From: Caecitellus pseudoparvulus
Taxonomy: Eukaryota; Protista; Bigyra: Bicosoecida
DNA: 64,000 nt
NCBI GenBank assembly: GCA_965644315.1
Contig: CBFFRQ010000078.1
Span: forward strand, 186,001-250,000
Direction: 5' to 3'
Numbering within the stretch: position 1 is the stretch's first letter; every line of letters starts with the position of its first letter. The notes beneath the pieces are model-generated. The model was given only the letters and a program-made list of their open reading frames with translations, did no database searches and had not been told where the DNA came from. Below, piece by piece: positions 43,201 to 53,106 of the stretch. The translations under genes and the position numbers were made by a program.

Positions 43201-46200
43201 GCCGCGCCCTCGGCAGCGGCGAAGTGGCCCCCCATCAACTCCACGCCGCCAGTGGCCGCAGTGAAGATCTCCGCCACAGACTTGCGGTTCTTCATCTCGG
43301 GCAGGTTGCCGCCCATGCAGTGCAGCAGGGAGCGCATGCCTGCGAGGGCCAGGGGACCCGACGCCGGCGCGTCCTTGGCGTTCTCCGCCTGCCCCGTGCT
43401 CACGAGGACAGCGAGGTGGGTCAGGGTGCGCAGCAGGCTGCGGAAGGCGGCCCGCGTCGCCTCCCGAGTGGCGCCAGACGTCTCCCCCAGCGTCAGGGCG
43501 ATGGCGGCCATGTCCACCTCCGCCAGGCCACAGTCACAGCCCTCGTAGAAGGCCAGGACGGTACGCAGGAAGGACTGCGCCACGCCCACGGTGGTGCTCT
43601 TGGAGCTGCGCAGGCGCACGGCAATGAGGCGCAGGACACAGTCCAGGTACAGGCTCAGCCACTCCGGGTGGGCGGCCACCTCCCCCTCCAATGCAGTCAT
43701 GGCCCGTTCCGCGTCCTTGTGCCGGGTGGACAGCAGCGCGTCCAGGACGGCCGCGGGAGCGATGCAGCCTGCCGCTCGCCACTCGGCCGCCACCTCCCCC
43801 AGCGCCCCTGCTTCACCCGCCAGCCACACCTGCCCCCTGGCCCGGCGAGCCCGGGCCTGGCGATCCGCTGACGCCCCACGCTTGGCGAGGAGGGACAGCT
43901 CTGGCTCAGCTGTGGCCTTGGAGCGGGTGCTGCGGCCAGTGGACGCGGCGGCGACGCTGCGCCCTGTGCTGCCCAGCCTCCTGCTGCTGGCCCCTGAGCG
44001 GCCAGCTGCAGCGTCACTGTCTGTGCTGGGCTTGGCGGTTCCCTTGGGCGGTGCCTGGGAGGCCGCATTCCGCGCAGCTCGCCGGGCAGCGGCAGCAATG
44101 GAGGCGGCTGATCGGTGTGTGGGGGCGGAGCTGGGCACGAGGGGCGGAGGCACAGTGCCGTGCCCCAAAGACCCCGGCGGGGGGGGTGCCTCCGCCTCCT
44201 GCACCCCTTCCAGGGCGGCCTTGACGGCACCCTCCGTTGCACGCCGCGTGCCCTCGGGAAGGGCCCCCAGTGCAGCCTTGAAGGCACCCACCCCGCAGTG
44301 GCGAGCTGCTGCTGTGATGGCTGGGCCCGCCGCCTGCCGTGTCCCCACTGCACGGGCACCAGCGAGGGTGGTGAGGGCCGGCGCGATGGCAGCGGTGCCG
44401 GCAGCGAGGGTGCCTGGCGGGCACGCGTCCAGCAGCGGCGTGACCCACTGCATGAGCACGTCAGCGCCCGTGGCAGCCTTGAAGGCTGGGCGCATGACAG
44501 GCAGCAGGGCGTCCAGGGAGGGTGGGTGCGGTGCAGTGGCCTCGGCCGCTCCCAGGCCCTGCCCCACCCATGCAGTCAGGGCAGCCAGCGCGCCGCCCCG
44601 CACCAGGGTCTTCTTGTCGGGCACCAGCTTCAGGAGGGCCGGTGCGACGCCCTTGGTCCACTGAGTCAAGGCGCCCGTCGGCGTCGCCTTGGCAATGGCC
44701 TCAATGGCCGCGGCTGCCTTGGGCTTCACCGCCACCGCACCGTCGGCACAGGCAGCCCGCAGGCCCCACAGGGCCGCCTTCACAGAGGCGTCCACGACGA
44801 GGCCGAGGGTACTGGCGGCAGCCTTGTCAGCCGCCTCCCGCACCGCGTCCACCGCCTCCGCCCGGATCTGCCATGCCTTGCGGTCGTCTGTCACCTCCGC
44901 GGGCCCCTCCGTGTTGGCCATGTCCACCAGCGCCGCCTCCAGCCCCCGCCCCTCGCGGAACACCGCCCGGATGCTGGCATCCAGCTTCAACGCGTCAGAA
45001 TCTGCTGCGCCGCCACCAGCTGCAGCCTGTCCCGCTGTGCCCTTCCCGCTACCCGCCCCCTTGGCACCGCTGCCTGGCACGGGGTACGCTGCTTGCAGCT
45101 CGGGGCTGAGGGGCGCCAGCCCCACCACAGCAGACGGGTCCTCCTTCCAGGCAGCAAAGGCAGCCACTGTGCCGCCCTCTGCTGCGCTGGAGGCGTCTGG
45201 TGCTCGCTCAGCCGATGCACGGGCTGCCGACCACGCACCATCGTACCCTGCCGCCTCCCAGGCAGACTTGAGTGCGGACGCAGTGGCCTCGCGCATGCCT
45301 GGCGCAGCGGCAGACAGCCACGCCGACACCCGCGGGCCCACTGTCACGTGCAGCGTGTCCAGCAGGGTGCTAGCCCCTGCTTTCACAGCCCGGTTGCTGC
45401 TGCCAACACCTGTATCGTCGCCTGCTGCCCAGGCCACCATGGCCTGCAGGGCAGAGGATGGGAACGCGCCTGCGCCGTGAGCTGCCACCAGCTCTGCCAC
45501 TGCCCCAGACACGGCCGCGCGCAGCGGCAGCAGGGTCTTGGGTCCGCTGCCCAGGGCCAGCAGCTGCCTGCACACCTGTGCGGGGCCGATGACACTTGCC
45601 GCCGCGTGCAGCATGGCAGCCATGGCGGCACCCCCCCTGGCCTTGGCCTCTTTCAGCTTCTGCCCCAGCGGTGTGCCTCGCAGGGCCCACGCCAGAGTGG
45701 GCGCATCCAGCCCGTGGACGCCCACCTCCACCACCCCGGCGATGCCCTTGAGCAAGTTGGCGTTGGACAGTGCCTTGAAGCCGTTGGTGCTGGCGGCCAA
45801 AGCAGCCAGGGCGCAGCGCAGGGCGTGGTGAGCGTCTGGCGCCCTTGCCACAGCAGGGCCCAGGGACTCCATGACCTGCACCTTGTCCTGCCACTTGGCC
45901 GACTGCAGGCCTGACAGGTCCACGCCTGGCAAAGAGCCCAACGCGGCCTTGGCGGCGTCTGCGTCCGGCATGTCCCCAGCGGGTGCCACGGCAGTGTCTG
46001 GCCCGAACAAGTCGCCGCTGGCTGAGGTGGGCGCGGCTGCCGTGGCGCCCTTGGCGCTGCTCGAGAGCTGGGCCGCCTCGCCAGCAGCCGTTGCTGGTGC
46101 CCTGGCAGACTTCGTTGGTCGCTGGCTGCGTGCGGCGGGGGCCGCGGCTGCGGCAGGGGGCGCGTCGGAGGTTGCTGTGGCATCTGCACCCACCTCAGCC

Positions 46201-48369
46201 GTCATGCCCAGGGCAGCAGCTGCGGACAGGCTGTCTGCACTGGCCAGCCCCGCACGCACTCTGACTCTGTCCACTGCGTGCGCGTGCTGCTTGGCCAGGC
46301 GCTTCAGGATGGGCGCCAGCGTGGCGTGCTCGTCGCCAGGACTGCTCTCAGTGTGCACCCTGGACAGCAGCGCAGCCAGCGCCTCTTCTCCAGCCTCGCG
46401 CACAGCTGGCAGCTTGTGCCCCATGGCCAGCGCGGCGACTTCGCCCAGGCGCTGTACACCAGCTGGAGACAGGGCCGCATCAGGCAGCAAGCCTTCACAC
46501 GAGGCCAGCTCAGCCGTGAGGGTGGCCACATTCAGGGCAGCTTCTTTGGAGCTACCCCCCACCGCAGCCAACGTCTCCTCCAAGTCGTCCAGGGTTAGGC
46601 ATGCCTTGGTGCAGCCCAGGATGCCCTCCACTGCCGCGGCTGCCGCAGCTGCCTTCTTGTCTTTCAGGCGCGAGGCAAGGGTGGGCAAGGCCCCCTTCAC
46701 TGGCCCGTGCAGGGGCCCTCGCACACGCAGCGCCAACGCAGTGAGCAGCTGCATGCCGGCTACTGCAACCTTCACATGCGCGTCGCCTATGGCGGTGCGG
46801 CAGTGGCCCACCAGCTCGCTCCACTCGCGGGCACCACCAGCCACCCGCAGACCGGCAGCCTCCAGGGCGCCACGTGCAGACTCCAGCGCGCCGTGGCGCT
46901 CAGCCCACTTCTTGCTCGAGAGAGCTGCGCCCACTCCTGCTGCCCGCACAGCCTTGAAGACGTCCACAGGCTGCGCAGCCTGGAACTGCTCGGCATCCTG
47001 CTCAGCCACGTGGATGCCGCAGATGGTGCGGCCAGGGGGTGTGCCGGCAGCATCAGCGGCGGCGCCACCCGCAGCCGCACTTCCAGCAGTGCCGCTGCCA
47101 GCCCCTGCAGAAGCCAGTGCTGTCTGCACTTGGGTGGGGAGCTTGTCCGCGAACTTTGCCAGGGCGGCGTGAGTGGGCGCCGGCGCGGCTGCGAGCAGCG
47201 CGGCAGCAGCCTCGGCAGCTGCACCGGAGGTGGCCTTGTCGCTGGCCTGCACTGCGGAGGGTAGCTGGGACATGAGGGCTGCCCATGGGCCCTGTGCATC
47301 TGCCGCAGCAGCTTGCAAACCTGCTGCGCCAGCTGGCGTCGCGGCCAGCGCTGTGAGCGTGCCCCACGCCACGGCGTGCCCACGTTTGCGGCGCGGGTTG
47401 GACACTGCAGACGCGAGGGCTGGAAGCACCGATGCTGGCCCCTCTGCTGCTGCAACAGCCAGGATGCACTCCTGGGCTGACGTAGCGGTGCTGGCCTTGC
47501 TGCTGGGCAAGCCCTTCTCAGCCAGTGGTGAGGCCAAGTCTGCGAGGGAGCCAGTGACGGCAACGACGCCTTCAGGCCACTGCAGGACGCACTGCAGTGC
47601 TTTCAGTGCAGCGTCCAGCACTAGAGCGTTGCTCTCGCCGGCCCACTTGGCGAGCTTCTGGGACGATACTGCGCAACGAGAGAATGGGAGGGTGCAATTA
47701 CCGCTGCCAGATTGCGGCCCCGACGAGCTGCCACCACACGTACACAAGCCTTGCAGAGCTTCAAGCTCACGCCCTTCAGCAGCCTGCTTCACTTCGTTGA
47801 AAGCGTCCTTCCGAACCTTGGGCTTCTGCGAGCGGCGCGGAGAGGGCGGCGTTGCGCCGGCGCTCCTTAACGCCCTCGCCTCGCACAGAACGAACCTTGT
47901 CCGACAGCCGCGCTGCCAGGGGCCGGGCATCAGTGGCAACGGCGACTTCTTCACCACCACTTGCGGGGGGAAACGCATCTGGCGGCAGCGCGCCCTCCAA
48001 GGAGCTCAAATCATAGGAGCCTTTCCCAGGCATTCCGCCAGCCGCCGGCAGGGGAGGTGACGACGGCTGCTCTGCCTGTTGCTGGGCTGGCTCAGGGGAA
48101 GCTGGGCATGCACTCTGTTCACTTTTCGCTGTCTCCCCGTCGGTTTCGCCAGTATCTGGCTCGGCACTGTCTTTGGCGGCTGCAGCCGGTGGTGCCGTGT
48201 CACCTGCTGGCGTTGACACCGCAGGCGCTCCCTCGCCTTCGGGGTACGCGTCTGGCCCGAGAAGCGCATCCAGGTCGTAGCTCGCAGCGCCAGAGCCACT
48301 GATGGGCGGGCTCAACAACCCTGGCTCACTTGTGGCAGGAGCACTGCCCGCCACGGGGGACTCCGCCAT
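40263..48369 (-). CDS. XMAP215/ch-TOG/Dis1 family microtubule polymerase (multiple TOG/HEAT domains)
   Basis: ATG 48369; intron 47826-47895 and a probable in-frame intron 47669-47743. TOG hallmarks: LSSKKWAERHGALE, LQSAKWQDKVQVME, KAWQIRAEAV, RLKDKK and HEAT-like helices. Confidence 0.8.
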
Positions 48370-48795
48370 CGCCAGTCTGGCCTGCGAACCTGGTCTGCAG
48401 CAGCGCAGCTGCACAGCTGGGTGCACAGCAGCTGAAGGAAGAGCGAGGAGGCAATGAAAACGGGACAAGTATGCACAGAGTGCGCAGTGCCGGGTGTTGC
48501 AATGGGCTGAGAGATTTGACGCAGCGCGGGTGCCCGCACGTGCCCAGGCTGCCCCAGCGATCCTCCACGCTGAACCCCCCAATCACCCAAACAGAGTTGC
48601 GAGAGTGCTCGAGGCACCCCCTCCCAAGTCTCGACTTTGGGCGCGGCCCTGCGAGACGACAGGTAGGGTGCCAATCTTTAAAACCTACAACGTTCGCAGT
48701 ACCCACGCTTTCCAGCCACTCACTCACCTCACCCTCCAGCTCCAGACACCGTCAGCAAAGCGCTCCATTTCCGCACCCCGCCCCCAGAGCCAAAC

Positions 48796-49590
48796 ATGGC
48801 ATCCGCCAGCACACCAACAGCCGCAAGTGGGCAAGGTGAAGACCAGGCAGTTGTGCACATTACAAACATTCCGTCCGCAGTGGATGCCCGGGCGTTGTTC
48901 ATCTTCGTGACGCGGCGCTTGCCTCAGTCCTTGCGCAGCGCTGGCCTCAAGCTGACTGTCGCGCCAGACGGTGCCAGCGCCACCCTGCAGTGCAAAGACG
49001 CGGAGACGGCGGCAGCCGCTGCTGCAAAGCTAGGCCACCCCATCATGCGGGTGTCTGTCGCATCCCCACACTCACAGCGCATTGCGTCCGCTGCCGCCGC
49101 AGCCGGCGGCTGCGGCACCTCGGCGGACGCCGTTCAGCACACAGCAGCAGGCGAGGGACAAGCCACCACCAAGGTGAAGGACATTAGTAGGATTGCCCCT
49201 CCTTCTTGGAGGTATTCCCAGTCTGTTCACAGCAAAGGCGGTGGGGGCGGGACCCAACGCAAGCCAGACCACAGGCACGGGGGGCGCAAGGGCAGAGGCG
49301 TGGGGGCTGCCGGCAAGCGCCTCGTGACAGGCAGCTTGGGTGGATCTCGCGCTGCACAGGCAGCCCATGCCGAAGGCGTGGGTGTTGAGGCGTCCAGGAC
49401 GGCTGCGGCAGCGGCAGCAGAAACACGCCAGTTTGGCGGGGGCTCAGAACGGCCCCAGGGTCGGGGCCGGGGCTCCGGGCGGCACAGAGGTGGGGGCCGC
49501 AGCAGGGGGCCAGGAAGGAACCAGCACTCTGCCAACCGAAGGGGGAGGAAGGGCTCCTCCGGCAGCGATGGCATTGGGAAGCAGCAGTGA
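48796..49590 (+). CDS. Putative RRM-like RNA-binding protein with an RG/GR-rich tail
   Basis: VHITNIP (RNP2-like), ATLQC (degenerate RNP1) and RGRGSGRHRGGGR repeats. Confidence 0.5.
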   Translation: MASASTPTAASGQGEDQAVVHITNIPSAVDARALFIFVTRRLPQSLRSAGLKLTVAPDGASATLQCKDAETAAAAAAKLGHPIMRVSVASPHSQRIASAAAAAGGCGTSADAVQHTAAGEGQATTKVKDISRIAPPSWRYSQSVHSKGGGGGTQRKPDHRHGGRKGRGVGAAGKRLVTGSLGGSRAAQAAHAEGVGVEASRTAAAAAAETRQFGGGSERPQGRGRGSGRHRGGGRSRGPGRNQHSANRRGRKGSSGSDGIGKQQ

Positions 49591-49786
49591 CGCGCGCAGC
49601 CAGCAGAATGCACGGTAGTCCGCACCGCCTGCCCCACACCTCGGAAGGGGCACCTGCTGCGCCCGGCCACATTCCAAACATTGCATTGCACCAGTGCAGT
49701 CGTCCATTGCAGGCTGCCTGCAGCTTGCGCCTGTGCGTTCGCGTGCACTCTGTCTAGACTTGCCGATAACAGTGCCTTTTGCTGCA

Positions 49787-50746
49787 ATGGCTGCAAGCGA
49801 AGGGAAGGTGAGAGCTGGATCGCAGCATGACAGTGCCCTGACACACTGGCATCATGGCTGATCGTCATTTGCTGTCTCCTGATCACCGCCTTTGCACTGC
49901 TGCCTCGCCAGGTATCTGGGCAACCAGCGGAAATTGCTCCCAGCCAAACGGCGGCACAGGACGAGGGCCAAGACACAGAAGCTGCCCTGGACCAGCCCCC
50001 TGCAGACATCGATACAACTACGTGTGAGTGGTCAGCTGGGCCCCAGCCCAAGGAAAACCCGGCGTTCACGAGCCGCCACTGCCCCCCCTTGCGCCTGAGT
50101 GGCTTCAGTGGAAGGCAAGTCAGCCGTGTATGACTACCTCATCAAGCACACACCGGTGAAGGTGGGGAAGAAGGCATCCTCAGAAGAGCGTGAGGCCATG
50201 GTGGGGGCGGACAGCACTCTGACGTACGGAGAAATCGCCTTCGCCCCGTTCGCCACGGCGCTGCACAAGATCCGGGACGTGTACGGCGGGGAGCAGGCGA
50301 TGAAGGGCGTGTTCTACGACATCGGCGCGGGAACGGGGAAGCCAGTCTTTGCGGCAGCCTTGCTGGGTGACTTCTCGCAGTGCATCGGCATTGAGATCCT
50401 GACTGGCCTGCACGGCATTTCGCTTGAGCTGCAGCAACGCTGGCAAGACAAGGTGCTGCCGGCCCTGCCCGAAGGCACCGCCAGCGCCAGCATTGACTTG
50501 CGATGTGAGGACTTCCTCAACGTGGACATGAATGATGCGACGGTGTGGTTTGCGAACTCCACGTGCTTCTCAGACAAACTCATGGGCAAGCTGGCGGAGG
50601 CAGTGGTGGACCAGGAGGTGGGCACCTTCGCCATCACTTTCACACGCAGCCTGCCCAGCCCCAAGTGGAAGGTCCTAGAGAGTGAGCTGCATCAAATGTC
50701 GTGGGGCGGCGCCACCGTGTACATCCAGCAGAAAGTGCTGCCGTGA
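49787..50746 (+). CDS. Short DOT1-like SAM-dependent methyltransferase
   Basis: ATG 49787; introns 49808-49911 and 50024-50108 restore the frame. Motifs TYGEI, FYDIGAGTGK, GIEI, DFL and VWFANSTCF. Confidence 0.78.
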
Positions 50747-50796
50747 GCAGGCTTGCCGGCTACCTCTCCGCTGCAGGCACGTGCAATGCATTGCGC

Positions 50797-51629
50797 TTAC
50801 AGGCGGGACAGGTGGGCACCCTTGTACCCGTTGTCGGCGTAGGGTGTGAAGTGCTGTGTCCAGAAGTGCCATGTTGCAGCCCAGACCAAGCCTGCCATGA
50901 CTGGCTCAGACGGCATGCCTCGCGCAGCGGCCGCCAGCCCGATGGCAGGCAGGGCAGACACGCCCAGGGGGATGAGGAAGGAGTCAGCACTCCCAGGAGC
51001 ATCCACGACGTTGCGCACCGCGAACCAAGCGGCGGTGGTCCTGTGAGGGTCACATGGAGGGGGGTGCACGCTGGCAATGCTTGCAGCAGGTTCGCCGCGC
51101 CAGCAACACACCCAATGATGGGGAGAGCGCCAGACTTGCCGTAGCCCTTCATGAGGCTCCAGACACGCTCGGGTGTCACTTGCATGGGGGTGGCAGCCTC
51201 GGCGAACGCCTTGCTGTACCCGCGCACTGCGAAGGGAGCAACAGCCAAGTCGTGGCGGTGGGGGCTGGCGTAGCGGAATGGTCACTGCACCAGCACGGCG
51301 CTCGGGGCGCCACGGCAGGCATCTCAAACCAGGCCCACGAACACCAAGCGTAGCCACCAACGAGGTTGCACAGGATGGTATGTGGACTGGGCGCCAGGGC
51401 GCGAAGGGCCCCGCGCAAGCCCTTCGCGCTCTGGCAAGGCGGCAGCGTGGTGCGGAAATCCACGCGTGCCCGTGCAGCACGCACCGAAAGTGTGGAAGGC
51501 GAAGGTGGGCAGGCTGTACTGCAGGCCCTGCAGCAGGCCCATGACGGGCTTGGGCAGGTGTGTGCGCTTCTTGTGGATGTCGTTCAGCCCGCGCACGGGG
51601 ACGATGCGAAGCTCCTCTGAAGCAGCCAT
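50797..51629 (-). CDS. Small multi-pass membrane protein (~165 aa), Tim17/NDUFA11-like topology possible
   Basis: Hand-built model: ATG 51629, introns 51227-51484 and 51041-51111. It gives MAASEELRIVP...FHTFVRGYSKAF...GALPIIGTTAAWFAVRNVV...LVWAATWHFW..RL*. The family assignment is speculative. Confidence 0.45.
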
Positions 51630-51888
51630 GGTGTGCTGGAGTGGACTGGCGTGAACAACCACCTGCTCGAGCAAGCACAACGGAGACGAGCCAGCAGAAC
51701 AAGTGCACGGGGGCCGATTCGTGGGACGATTGTGTGGAAAAGCGCACACTGCAAACACGCCTGAAGGTGACAGCTGAACCATTTGCGGCAGCCAACTCTC
51801 GCTACCAAACCAGCCGCGCAGGGGGGGTGGGCATGCGCGCAAGTGTGCAGACACGCTATTGTGCATTTGTGCTGTGTGGGTGACGCAC

Positions 51889-52348
51889 TCATGCAGACAG
51901 CTGAGCCTTGATCTTCTTGGAGAGCTGCGGAAGGGGGGGGGGAGCATGCAGACCAAGTTACAGGCGGACCAGTGCGGGGCTGGGAACTCACAGCCTGCTT
52001 GGCAACCTTGGCCTTGAAGCGAGCGAAATCGCCCATGGACTTGGCGGCGGCGCGCTTGGCCACGCGCTTGCCCCATGCGGAAGCGTCCCACTTCTCCTGG
52101 ACACCGGACTCGTCCAAGGCCTTCTTGATGGTCTTGGTGCGAGCGTTGCGGCCGATGGTCAGCTTGTGGTCAGTCAGGGACAGACGCTTGATGTTCATCA
52201 GCTCGCGGCCGACGGCGGAGCCGGGCAGGCCCTGCACCAGCATCTTGGCGGCGTTAGCGACATCCAGGATGACGACGAGGTTGCCCTCGAACTTGCCAAA
52301 GTTGACCAGGCACACACGGCCGATCTCGACGAAACGGGTCAGCACCAT
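51889..52348 (-). CDS. RPL14: 60S ribosomal protein eL14
   Basis: MVLTRFVEIGRVCLVNFGKFEGNLVVILDV...LTD..WDASAWGK...DFARFK; intron 51925-51991. Confidence 0.93.
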
Positions 52349-53106
52349 GACTGATTCTGTACTGCGGCTATTCTGTCGAACAAAGTCTGCGGAGGTGGCA
52401 GAGGGGGAGGTGGTGAAGCAGAGTGTGCACAACATGAACCAGGAGAAAGGCCAGCACCGAGCCAGCGGCTAGGAACTGCAACACACGGACACCCAACGCC
52501 CAACAAGCAAGGGCAACCTATTCAGACGATGACCACAACCCTACGATCCCCACGTAGGCGCATGGACACCAATAGGTGCAAGGCGCAGGAAAACCCGCTG
52601 GGGTGAAGCGGAAATTGACCCTCCTCCACGCCAGCGGTCTCCGCGCTCCCGAACGTTGACCCAGCATTGCCTTCCCCCACCAACCATGGAAGGAGCCTGC
52701 TACTCTCCACACCAGGCTGAGTCTGCCTGCCGTCAAGCAGGGCATGACAGCCAGACAAGGCTGAGAACCAGAGAGCTGCCCGGGTACACTGGCGAGACAC
52801 ATCACCCCGAAAGGCGAGAAAATGCAGGCATGTCTGCAAACAAAAACGTACCTCGACAAATAAGACGCGCAATGTGATCCAACTGTTAGTACCCAAGCGT
52901 GTAAAGTATCCCGTGTCCTTCCCCAGGCGGCCACCCCCACCTGAGCCCTCATTTTCGATGTACGCGAATGACGGGAATAAACGCGGGACGTATGATTGGG
53001 CCAGCCTCCCGGCTGCTTCTCCGTCCTGGCCACTTTTTCATGAACCAACTTCGAGACTCCAGACCTCGCCTGTTGTGGACCCGCACCCCCTACAACAGTT
53101 TCAGCC

